This document shows, in pieces, positions 34,319 to 45,671 of a stretch of DNA of 64,000 nt; the stretch's first letter is position 1; the number at the start of each line of letters is the position of its first letter. This DNA comes from Microthyrium microscopicum (taxonomy: Eukaryota), in the NCBI GenBank assembly GCA_010405405.1, contig MU004231.1:3094401-3158400 (forward strand). Reading direction: 5' to 3'. The notes beneath the pieces are model-generated. The model searched no databases. It saw nothing but the letters and a program-made list of their open reading frames with translations, and was not told the DNA's origin. The translations under genes were made by a program, and so were the position numbers.

Positions 34319-35359
34319 CTACCAAGGCGTGGCCTTACTCTTTCCAGAACCCACCCAAGGCGGTGGAGAGGAACTAGAAGAAGACCCTGCCGACGATGCT
34401 GGGCCCGACGAAACCCACGGTGGAGCAGACGATGAGCTTGCTGGCGCACTAGATCCCCAACCGCTGGGCGCGGAACTTCCAGATGAGCTCGCTGGTGAAC
34501 TAGAACCCCATCCAGATGGAGCCGAGCTTTTGGGTGCAGGCGCTGGTGAACTGGATCCCCATATCGATGGTGCGGAGCTTTTGGGTGCTGGTGCAGGTGC
34601 AGGCGCTGGAGAACTAGATCCCCATCCTGAAGGTGCAGAGCTTTGAGGTGCAGGCGCAGGAGAACTAGATCCCCATCCTGCTGGCGTGGGGCTTTGAGGT
34701 GCAGGCGCAGGAGAACTAGATCCCCATCCTGCTGGCGCAGGACTACTTGGTGCAGGCGCAGGAGAACTTGCTCCCCATCCTGCTGGCGCAGGACTACTTG
34801 GTGCTTGAGCAGGCTGACTACCGCTCGATTTCGGAGCACCACTACCCAACAAATTTCCCAAACCACTCATTGCGCCGCCAACAAGATCAGACCACCCGTT
34901 TGCGATCCCGCTCGCGATGCCCGATAGATCTGGTAATTGGGGGAGGGAAGGGAGTCCTCCGCCTCCGAATGATGAGGACCCTGAGGACCCTGAGCCTTGG
35001 TTTCCTGAACCTCCATTTCGTGCGCCACGGTCTGAAAGAGAGAGGGAGTTAGCTGAAAAGATATCAAAGGAACAATGGCTGGTATGATGAGCGTGAGTAC
35101 TTACTGTCATTATGATCACCACGTGCCGGACTGCCATGATTGTTGTTGCTGGGAGCACTGTTATGAGCAGGCTGGCTATTGTGATTCCCTCCGCCCATTC
35201 CATGCGCTGCTCCACCACCTCCATGTGCTCCTCCGCCTCCATCTGTGGAACTAGTCAGCTATGAAGTCACAGGCACAAAAGGTCGAGTTGTGACGGACGT
35301 TGTGGAAGGGGAGCGGCGATCGCTAGAGCCAAAAGACTAAGAACAACAACAGACTTCAT
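34319..35359 (-). CDS. Secreted Gly/Ser/Pro-rich low-complexity protein with seven 17-aa (G)WG repeats
   Basis: Exon 1 MKSVVVLSLLALAIAAPLPQ (ATG 35359); exon 2 Gly/His/Asn-rich; exon 3 joins the frame of ORF 34319..35242 at NRGARNGG. Repeat unit xSSAPSGWGSSSPAPAP. Confidence 0.8.
34440..34805. repeat. Coding minisatellite, ~51-bp period, ~7 copies
   Basis: Recurring GGTGCAGGCGCAGGAGAACTAGATCCCCATCCTG on the + strand; encodes the GWG repeats on the minus strand. Confidence 0.85.
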
Positions 35360-36512
35360 ACTTTCACGTAAAAGAGCGACTGGATATAAAGGAGTGTTTA
35401 AAAAAGTATAAAATCACAAAAACAGATCTGAGCTGCACAATTACGTCGCCCGGCACTATTCCATACTTATAACAAAGCATATTCTTCCCAGCAAACTTGG
35501 CGAACTATACCCTAATTGCGATGCGCGTTCCTTCTTACCAGACGCGAAGTAATCTATATGGCATGTTCATATCCCGCATTGGACCACGCTTTCCTTCTCA
35601 AAAAGGTAAGTCGACCAAAGAACTGTAGTTCACTACCAGGATACCAATGTCGGTCATCCTCTGTATCGGGCAAATTTATAGACCGAGGTCGCGCGGGGAG
35701 TAGATTGCATTGGCAGGGCTACCACGCTCTCATTTGCCCACGGATAAATTGGTTTTCGAGCATTTGTTTGTCCGGAACATTGGCAAGCTCGATTTACTAA
35801 CAATTGAGCCTGGTTACTTGGCTTGCAAGCGAATATAGGGTACGGGTTTCCTGGTTATTGGCTCAACTGCTGATTGTAGATCGACACAGTGGTATACCGG
35901 AAGAGGCCCGGTCTGTCCGATCTTGTGATAGTGCTGGTAGATCTCCAAGCAGTGCTTCTGGCATTATGTGGCATGTAAGTTACCAAAAGTAGATATGTCT
36001 ATTAATATACAGCTAGGTCCCCTGCCTGTGGTGAGTTCGGCAACTGTAATACTTGGAAAATGGTGCGCCAAGAATATGATCAAAATAGAGGCGAGGTGTC
36101 GAATTGAGGTCATACAAAACGAAGTGCGCATGCGCCCAGCTTGTTGATCGTTTACGTATTCCATAGGCTCGATATATACTGAAAAAATTGTGAGCATGAG
36201 GAGTTCGCCTCTCGGGCAAAGGATCAAAGAATGGACAATAACCATGTCACAGCTCTATCAAAAATCTTTCTTAGAGCTTCGAGCACAATTATTGTACAAG
36301 TGTTTTTTTATTTTAAAATTTGCTTCACCCTAACCTTGCAGAAAAAGCACTATAGTATCAAAATCCCCTTTTTGTACATCTGAGGCCTCAAGAAGCCTGT
36401 TTGTGGTCGACCGCACTTGCACCTTTTTTCCCCTTCCGCTGCACCCAACATAGCAACACTGGCAGCCACTCCTCCCCGACAGTGTGAAAGAACGTCTAGA
36501 CAATACCCATGC

Positions 36513-39500
36513 CTAGTCCGAAGAAAGAGTAGCAGTCCATAGATCTTCGCGATCATATAGCTGATCCAGGACCTCAAACTCCTCTTCATCCTCGACATGC
36601 TCAAACATGCTGACAAGAGTCTTGAACACTCGACTGCATTTTGGCGCTGGACACTTGTAGATCTCGTCACCATGAGTCTCTCCAATGCAATGCTTCTTCA
36701 GACCAAACCAGGAGGTAAAGTTGGCCGAACAACGAGAGCAGATGGGCGGAGTGCCATGAATTTGATCAGCTTCACTACACTGCTGGATTTTTCGCGGTTT
36801 GGTAAAGTCCCCTTGGCGATCATACTTGCGCATGTGCAGATAAATGATGCCGGCTTGCACATTAGGTAGTCTGGAGCAACTTCCCGACTCGAGGTGATCG
36901 GCGTACTGGCTGTGACAGTGGAATCTCTCTGTGCAGAGCAGACATGTCACAATGAGTTCGATCAGCGATGGTGAACGATCTTCGATATGCGTGCTGTTGA
37001 CGTGTGGAGTGATAGGTACCTCGGTAGACGGTTTGATATTTTCTTTAGTAGGTTGCACGACGCTTTGAGATTTGACAGGTTCTGGCGCGCGAACAGAAAA
37101 GTCTTTCCGGCTTCCGGGAGCCTTCATGTCTCCGACAACTTCCTCAGCCACGACAAGAATATTTTTCTTCGGTGTAAAAGGTGGAGCATCGGCTCGTAGA
37201 GGGCTTGGTTGTCGTTCTGGAGGAGCGTTACCATCAGATGCGGCATAACCAATCTGTATGATCGTTTCTGTCGAGCTCTCGTTATCAGAGTCAATTGTGC
37301 TGCTGTGATCGTTGCAGGCGGGTCGTGGAGTACTGCTCTGAGACTTGTCAGTGGCAAGAGCATCTTCTCGAGTTATTGATGGAGATCCTAAATCCACAAG
37401 CTCAGAGGGAGTATCGCTTGCCACTGATTGGGTTGTTGGGAGACTGATGCTCAGGTATGCTTGTTCGCTAACTGGGCGTGTTGGTGTCTGTGTGGGCGAT
37501 TCTTGATCTTCCAGGTCGTGGTTGTCGAGAATGAAGTCAAAGCCAAAGGACTCCGCAATACCACCTAACGGCTGATCTACCAGGCTAGAATTTGACTTCT
37601 TATGAGAGTATGGGCTTGCTTTCAACGAAACGAGCAGCTCGGGATATCTAGTCTCAAAGGGCTCGTCGAAATCCAACAGGTCTCCCGCCTGTTGAAAAGT
37701 TGTAAATTCTTGGAAGGCGGTATCGAGTTCTTCAATAAGGACGGGAGTAGTGCCATGTACACTCGGCGGCTTGAAGTGGTCCTGAAATAGGTTAGCAATT
37801 AGCTACTGCGGAATCAAGCAGTTTAATAGGAAGCCATACCGTGGAAACTGCAGTAGGTTCAGCCCATCTAGAGGTTTCCAAGCCATTTCCCAAATTAACG
37901 ACTGGAATGGGGAATGAGATCGGAGCACGTTGAGGGCGCAAAGCATGAGCATGTATATCATCCACACAGATCTGACCAGAAATAACGCGAAATTCGAGAG
38001 CTTGAAGCTGATTCAATTGACCCTGGGTAAGAGCGTCTAGCTCAGCGCATGCTAGAATAGGCTGAAGCTGAGTAGCACCGGGATTAGCGATAAAATACTT
38101 TCTCAGACCACTGAAAAGAGTATTGACGCTGATTTGACTTTGCGAAGCATCATTCAGGACGATATCGGTGAGAGTTGCCATGGTCATTGGATGAAGCATT
38201 GGACCTTTCGATTGCGTGGTTTTGTTGGCCAACGTGATAGCACAAGCTACGGCTGGAGCTAGACTGCGGCCGAACTTCTTGAGATTGATATAGAGAAGGG
38301 CATCCTTATCTGCAGCTGGTTGAGGAACCTCGCGTGGAAAATGACCAAATAGGAGCATGTGCGAGAAGCATGTAGCCCGACTGTTGAAGGATCTTCTACA
38401 TTGAACACAACTGAACTTTGGAGGTTCTGGATGATTGGCACAACCAGTAGCCTTGTCAAAATATGGCTCACAACAAACATTGCAAAATCCAACCGCATGG
38501 CCAGATAACAGAACATGGAGACCGATCTCTTTGATCGTTCGAACCTTGATAGGACAACGGGGACAAGTGAACTTCAGGGGATGGTCGTCTTTGATATGCT
38601 GTTCCACTTGCCGAAGACGTGCGAATCGGTCTCCGCAGAGCTTGCAATGACTTCCGCAATGTCCACTGGATTCATAATGGTCCTCAAGCTTGTCATTGTT
38701 GGCGAACACGTGCTGACACAATTTGCACACGAGTTGCTGCGTATCACATGTCTTAGGCAGACTAGAAGAGGAGGGTAGAGCCGACGATAGTTGTAACGGA
38801 CACTGAGAGCCATTGATCAAGGACTGTGAGGAAGAAGTTGACGGCTTTGCTTCCATGGGCTTGTTTTGGATGATATTGTTCGGGGCGGCATTTGAAGACG
38901 GTGACGACTTATCCTCAGAATCTTGATTCGAAGAAGCCGAAACTGATGGAGACCGACCATTTTCGTTGTGCTCATTGGAGGTGACTGGCTTGGAGTGACT
39001 CTATAGTCTGTTAGTACAAGATTACAAAGGTTGTCGTTCTTGTGCGAATTGTGCGAATTTGATAGAGTGCGGTAGCTGCTATCATACACCAACCGAACCA
39101 TTCACTCTTCAATATCATCTCGCAAATGCCAGGTAATGGATATTGAGCTGGGCAGTGATTTATAAACAGGGAGTTCTTACCATACTGTGCTGCTGAATTT
39201 CCTTCTGGTGAGCGAACCAAGTACCGCAACGCTCACAGTTATAGCCACCATGGTTACAGACTTCATAATGCTCTTCCAGCTCGTCGAATGCAAAGAAGCC
39301 GCCATGGCAGGTCTTACAGCTGAATGGGTAATGCATATGGACGCGAACATGCTGCTCGTAGGCAGCGCGAGTTGGGAAGGTAAGGGTGCATTTCTGCTTG
39401 TTGGTACCGCTGCATTGGAAAGGCTCGCGGTTCGTAGTAGGAGGAGCCATATTTGGTGTTTGGATAGACACAGTGGAGGGAGATTGCGCAAGACCGCCCG

Positions 39501-40038
39501 TCTTTGACGTTGTTGACGAAGCGATAGAGGAGGAAGTTTGTGTGAGAAAGGGAGTGGTGTGTTGCTTATCGACAAGAGTCAAGGATTCCATGCTTTTGGT
39601 CAGCAGATGAAGTTGGTCAATGGGTGACAATTTGAAGCTAAGCTCATTAGCCTGGAAAGTGGCAATGGTCGATGTGGAAGGAGCAGGCTCGAAGTTGCAG
39701 GAATGAATTTGGCTCTCAAACTCAGTGTCGTTTGACGGGTCAAGAACGTGTTGGCAGACTGGACAGGTATAATTGCCACAACAAGTACTGGCCCGATGTG
39801 CCCGGCTCGAGTCGACACTGTCGAAGAGCGTGTCACACTGGGCACAGTAATAGTGCCAGTGGTTGCACTCTTCGAAGTGGGCATGTCGTTCCAAGTATGT
39901 ATGGAATCGACCCAGACACATCAGGCAGCCGACATGATGACCCTCTTGCAACAAATGGGCATCCAATTCGCCAATGCTATGATGCTGCTCGCTGCAGCTA
40001 CCACAGGCATATTGACCCCCGCGAGAAGTTGCACTCAT
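36513..40038 (-). CDS. Large multi-C2H2 zinc-finger protein (~1,095 aa, three exons)
   Basis: Exons 40038-39181, 39000-37840 and 37781-36513 splice in frame; the first junction completes the finger CERC...QQHSM|SH. About 15 CxxC...H-x3-5-H units in clusters, including the HLESGSC type near the C-terminus. Confidence 0.8.
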
Positions 40039-40464
40039 GGCTGCGGCTCAGCCAGTGAGTATGTTTTGAGTGACGAAGTGAACTGAACACTGAAAGAGAG
40101 ACAATAGCGTAAACACTCTGAGTGAGAATTCAGAGCGGAATTTGCAAGTAACAAGCGTTTAGACGTGAATGTTTTGCGTATATGTGCGTCGCCGCCAAGG
40201 AGCAATCGTGGAGTAATAAACAAACCCAAACCCGGGCAAGAGCAAGAGCAAGCAGGAGCCGCAAGCCGGTCTCGATCGACTTCCACTGTCTGCGAGGATC
40301 GAGGATCGAGTATCGTGGGCCGCTCTTGCCCCAGTTCAAACACGACTCTCCTTTCTTTCATTTTAGCAATGGTGCCTATTGCAGGCAGAGAAGCCTGGCT
40401 GCAGGTACCTAGCTCTTACATCTATACTGACACTGGTAGGAAACTCCTCATCTCCAGTCTCCTC

Positions 40465-42217
40465 TTACGCTCTTTTGTTCTTTGAAGGATGTAGATACGA
40501 TCCAACAATACGATACCACGGCACACGGCCTCCCTCCTCATCTTCGGCATCATCGTCAAAGCTTTTCGCAATCTCATACTCCTTATTCCGAGCGTACACG
40601 TACCAAAACAGCCACACCACCAGCGTTCAGCAGCTCCGCGGAGACAACATAATGACAGATCCAGGCCGACGTGACCACATGTCTTTCAGCGCAAAGTTGA
40701 AGAATGCGAAACTGATAAGATCTATCAAGATGGTCAGCACATGCTGACAAACACAGAAGGACAACCATACGGCAACAAACGTGGGTGGAAGAAAAAAAAG
40801 CATCGTGACATCGGCTATGCGGCGCAATGAGAAACTGTCTTTCGCCGTATTAACTACAATTTTCTTCGAAATACTCGCGATCTCCTTCATATCGGCTCCA
40901 TCCTTGGCCATCATGGCGTTGGGCTTCATACTCGTGGCACTGTCCTGCTGCGCGATAAGACTCTACACGTAGGATATGGGATAAGTGGGGGTAGAGAGCT
41001 TGGAAGCTTATGGAATTGCTCACTATCTGGGATTGAGCCTGCACTATTTTCGAAAGATACGAAGCTCGCTCCAGCAGAGTCGAAAACCAGTTGCGCAGTG
41101 CGTGTATCTCATCTGAAAGGTGCGCAGCGCCAGCGGATTGTATAGGACCTAGCTTCGCCAGATCCTCATTCACTTCTATCAGATAATCGAAAAGTGCTGT
41201 TTGCAGTTTACTACTTTATTTCAAATGAGCAAACCTCGACGATACACGGTCAATCGCCTTGTCAAGCTACCGAGATCAGGCGCTTCTCGATTCGATTCAT
41301 CATCTATTTTCCACAGGTTATCGTCACGTCGGATATGTCTTTCAGACTCGATCTGCTTCATAGCATCCCTACAAGTCTGGAGTTGAGTGTTTATCATATC
41401 ATCTTTTGGAAAGGCTGAAACAAAGGGGACCATCGCTGGAAGTCCGGCAGCCAGTCTAAGATCCTTGATGCGAGTGACATGAGGTTTTCTACGTGGCTTT
41501 GCGCCAGTAGCCCATATGATATCTTTGGTTACGGAAGACTTCTTGTTGGAGGCCAGAGCCATGCTGAAGTAGGTCCCTTGGCCATGAGATCGGAACACGT
41601 ATCCTGGGGCGGTCAATAAGTAGTCACAGCAGCTCGCTTTCGAGAACTTACCAACGGAATAGTTGCCGGAATTTCCCTTTTGTGAAATGCAGACACGCCT
41701 CGATCTAGGGCTGACAACCACGAGGGAGCAAGACCAAACGAGTTCGACACTTCCTCAAATATTGTCTGGAAGGTAACAAGCGGAAGCATGAGATCTCCAT
41801 GCGGACCTCACTCGTCTAAGCAACTAACCCAATGTCAGTACAATCAGCCAGACTAGATGAATTCATTCCGATACCTACAGCAATTAGAAGCCCCTATGGA
41901 CATGTCCTCTTTGCTCTTGAGGAAGAAGCTGCGGAGTCTGATAGAACAGCATCCAGCAGATGCCATACGCAGCAACGGGAATCGAAGATCGTTACCTCAA
42001 CCCAAGTCGATATCACTCCCTCGCTGACGACCTTGTGTTCGAATATCAAATGCTCCGAATCGTAGATCGTAAGCAATGTGTAACTCGCGTCGGTGTAATC
42101 CGCGCTTGAAACCTACTTACCCCATCTTTTTCCCACAGTTCCAGAATGATTCATTTGCCCGGCTCCATCAAATGTTCCGTGGTCGGGTAGGAGCTGCTTG
42201 TACTCAGCATCAGCCAT
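40465..42217 (-). pseudogene. Disrupted CorA-like (fungal Mg2+ transporter-like C-terminal domain) gene
   Basis: Signature AKDSFSLRRIADVTMLFFLPPTFVA followed by a TM helix (TLVVWLFWYVY) that lies in another frame. In-frame stop at ~42113 and further frame breaks near 41220 and 40600-40700. Confidence 0.65.
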
Positions 42218-42919
42218 TTTGAGCGGTGAGAGCTTTTGGCATATCGAGCCAACTGTTGACAATGAGATCAACCAGTCTGATTTATGTATGAATAATAATG
42301 GAGCGAAGTTGGAGTCTTGACGCGACGCCGATCGATCTCGTAAATCTACCAGCTTGGCATTGAGAAAAAAAAGAAAATAAAAGGGGAAAGCAGCACAGCC
42401 AATCACTGTGCGCGAATCTCAGCCTCAGCCTTGCTGTCCTGTTTGCCGTAGTGAACGCATGTATTCAATTGCTCTTTTGTGCTGGAGAAATACTGAACAG
42501 AACATGGGGTTTTCCAGGTTTCACTGGGAATTACTCCTTGCTACCGCCGATTTCGGTGCCTAGCTCACCGTATATCAGTCACTTTTCTAACTTGGCAGCC
42601 TAATGGCTCGTTGTACACCAAACGTGTGCGCCCATTGTAGAACACCAAGATTTTCATCGTCCAGAAATTTCCGTCGGCTTACATAGGCCACGAGGCGTCT
42701 ACGCCCCTGGTAGCAATGCAGCTTATGCTTGGATATGAGCTCGTAAGCGCACATTGCGCTTCTCGGAAACTCGGATCTATTGAAGTTGTACCGTTTGGTA
42801 TGGCTGTTCTGAAAGCTATGGAGCTTCATCGGAGCAATCATCATAAGATCTTATTCTTGGCATGAAAGAGACAGAACAGTAGGGACAATTGAAGTCTTCG
42901 CTACTTCCATCTTGATGTC

Positions 42920-42926
42920 TATAAAA
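42920..42926 (+). promoter_or_regulatory. TATA box of the antifungal-protein gene
   Basis: TATAAAA ~95 bp upstream of ATG 43018, followed by a CA-rich leader and CAAAATG start context. Confidence 0.55.
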
Positions 42927-43017
42927 GGGATGGAAAGACAGTGAGATTTGGGAACGTCAACCTCAACAACAACTCAACAACACACTTGTATCTTCAACCA
43001 AATCTCAAACTATCAAA

Positions 43018-43392
43018 ATGCACTTCTCCTACGCCGCGGTCTTCTTGGGCCTCCTCTCCATGGGAGTGCTTGCCGAAACTGCCGAAATCTACCAAGGTGT
43101 ACGTTTCCCCTTCCCTTGTTGACTCCTCAACCTTCCTGAAAGAATTTATTGATACTGATCGGAATAGACCTGCAAAGTCGCAACCGGTAAATGCGCCGTC
43201 CACTCTCCTCCCGGACCCGGTCGTCCGATCACGACTGTTAAGAATTGTCCCGCCCATGGTCAGCCCCACCATGTAAGTCTTTGATATAATCTGGTATTGT
43301 GGAACAAATGAAAGTTAATTGTTGTAAAGTGCACCGCTGATGGTCGTGCTTGCAACTGGAGCACTACCACTGGGAAGGTTGTGTGCTCCTAG
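43018..43392 (+). CDS. PAF/AFP-family small secreted cysteine-rich antifungal protein (82 aa precursor)
   Basis: Exons 43018-43098, 43168-43272 and 43330-43392 give MHFSYAAVFLGLLSMGVLA-ETAEIYQGTCKVATGKCAVHSPPGPGRPITTVKNCPAHGQPHHCTADGRACNWSTTTGKVVCS. Six Cys with PAF-like spacing (YxGxC-x5-C...CP...CTxDxxxC...VxC), gamma-core GxC-x5-C, two phase-0 introns. Confidence 0.85.
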
Positions 43393-44182
43393 AGCCTCAC
43401 TGGTTAGAAAATAGCGAAGCTTTTGGTGGACGTACACGCTGAGAGATGAACTGAGAGAATAGAAGGGCTTCATTCGTTTATGGCTATAGTCAGAAGAGTT
43501 ATATAGAATAAAACCAAACATTGCCGGCAAATCTGCGGAGTTATCCGATATCTCTGTGCTATAGCTTGCTTCGCACGGTTTACTCTGCCTTTCCATGACC
43601 CGGGAAGACGAGGAGCTCCAGTGACACCGTCGTACGAGGAACAGTTCGCCCAGGTCTGATGTTACTGCTACTGATGCCATAGTAGACGTTAATTGGCCAG
43701 ACCTCCATAGCGCCCAATCGATGAAGCCTTGCCACATAGCATGCTCGATTTCCTGACCAATAGAATACTGGCGCAATCTTGAATGTCCAGTCATAAAAGA
43801 AGGCACAAGGCGAACGCACTCTACACTGCCTTCTAATTCAGATATAAGAGGAATTCTGGTTGAAGGGTCCAAGCAAAGTCCGATTGAAGGACCCGGGGGA
43901 AGCTCTAGTGCACTGTGGCCAATCAAAACTTTGATCCAAATGCTTCCTTCCATCATCAAGCCAATCACAAAAGGGGAAGAATTCGCCACCAGTTCTTATT
44001 GGTGTAGAGCCATCGTACTTGGACAGGCATAGGCATAGCCTGACCGGTGTTGACCATTGCCCATACTGAGACCGATGGGCATATAAGGAGCTTTAATAGC
44101 CTCCAAAAGAAGATTCTCCGTTCTCATCTTCCTCCAATTCATCACATAATACTAGTTTTCTCACAAACCAAACACCTTCACC

Positions 44183-45067
44183 ATGCAACACCAAGCACTC
44201 TCTGAAGAAGACAGCCAGAGTCGCAAGTCCTACTATGCCATGCTCCATGAATCCATCGACAGCGAAGCAGCTGCCGGCAACGACAACACCCTCGATGTGA
44301 CTATCGGCAGCGGTATCTACGCTACGCTGGCCCGCTGTGCCATCTCCAATGACAGCCCTGCCGCTTTTGACTTTGAAATGCGCAGCTTGGCGTACACCAC
44401 GTATCAAGCGGCCAAAAACTACGACTGGAAAAATCCAAAGCAAGAACGTCTAGTCTTCTTGCTCCTCCAGGCCAAGAACATTGGCACGCTGAATCGAAAA
44501 TACACCGACAATGCTGGTAATGTGTTCAGTGAGGCTGCGCAGACTTCGAATGGGGCCAGGATCTTTGCGGACATGCCGTTTTTCGTGGAAGATTTCCTGC
44601 ACATGTGGGTACGGGATCTGTCCAGTCTATCGCCAGAGCAGAGACGCGATTTAGCGGCATTCATGGCAAAGCTGGTGTCTGTTGGTTTCTCGGACAAGCT
44701 TGCTGTTGTAGGGCTGTGGCTTTTTCGACGAGTCTTTGAGAGTCCTGTTCATGAGCTTGACGGTCCTGCTTTGCATTGGATGGAAGCTGTGTCTGCTTGG
44801 TACATGTACGCTGGGCATAAGCTAATGTCACTTTGTGGATCTGACTTCAGTGACATGCCCGAAGAGTTCGCTGTTCCAGGAGAGCTGGCGCAGGCAGCTG
44901 GAATTGAGGGCACCGGTTTCTCGGTTGCTCGATGGAAGTTTTGGCAAGAGAGGGTGAAGGAGATTTGTCGAACACTTCCTTTGGGAATTGAGAATGAAGT
45001 TGCATTGCCGCCGCAGTCCTTGTATGGGCTTGCAGAATTGGAGCCTCTCTTCTTTGGAACACATTGA
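44183..45067 (+). CDS. DUF3632-family protein
   Basis: 294-aa ORF with QERLVFLL, IFADMPFF, LAAFMAKL, GLWLFRRVFE and GFSVARWKFWQERV, motifs typical of fungal DUF3632. Confidence 0.75.
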   Translation: MQHQALSEEDSQSRKSYYAMLHESIDSEAAAGNDNTLDVTIGSGIYATLARCAISNDSPAAFDFEMRSLAYTTYQAAKNYDWKNPKQERLVFLLLQAKNIGTLNRKYTDNAGNVFSEAAQTSNGARIFADMPFFVEDFLHMWVRDLSSLSPEQRRDLAAFMAKLVSVGFSDKLAVVGLWLFRRVFESPVHELDGPALHWMEAVSAWYMYAGHKLMSLCGSDFSDMPEEFAVPGELAQAAGIEGTGFSVARWKFWQERVKEICRTLPLGIENEVALPPQSLYGLAELEPLFFGTH

Positions 45068-45671
45068 CGACTTGAATGTACTTGCTGACTTGGTTCTTCA
45101 TATGAGCAAGATAGCCACATATTCTATAGGAACATTCAAAACCAAAATTTCAAGCAGCTCAATCATGTAGTTTCTAGTATGATGCCAAGTATATACCTGC
45201 AGATCCAAAACTTTTTGACGCCAAGAATTGTGTAAGGCTCTGCGACTCAACGCCATGAATAGAGCTCCAGCCTTGATATCCCAGCTTCGCTGAGCATCAG
45301 GCCTTGGCATAAGCGCGCGCAAGTCATGGCCAGCTTGGAAGTATATCATTGCCATATATGATCTCTGAACCTCCGATCATACTGAGGTTACTGAGGGGTT
45401 AGTTATTTTCACATGGATTCGTAAGTGGTAAGTGGAGCCATTTGAGTAACGCCAGATCGCGTGCAGATGACGCCTTAAGACCCTGAACCAGAGTGACGTG
45501 AGCGTGAGCTTGGTGGCACAACATCATCAAATAGCAATCAAGAAAGAGTTCTTCCTTCAAAAGTAATTTCACACCAGCTCTGCTCTGACAGAAGAACCAT
45601 CCCGCTGCGCACACGATATCGACTTGAGGACTCTCTCAGCCTTATTTGATCAGCCAATCACATCGAGCGAA

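Noticed and set aside
34440..34805. CRISPR-like array
   Set aside because: Eukaryotic context; degenerate in-frame coding repeats without unique spacers.
34161..34866. Alternative-frame repeat ORFs (34161..34646 +, 34300..34866 -)
   Set aside because: Shadows of the GC-rich coding minisatellite; only the spliced frame has a signal peptide.
15431..35359. Dikaritin/ustiloxin-type RiPP cluster (ustT-like MFS plus a repetitive secreted protein)
   Set aside because: The GWG repeats have no KR/RR Kex2 sites or acidic followers, no DUF3328/UstYa (HxxHC) or tailoring genes were seen, and the two genes are separated by unrelated genes.
43315..43989. 224-aa minus-strand ORF
   Set aside because: Non-ATG track start, no motif, and it overlaps exon 3 and the 3' region of the better-supported AFP gene.
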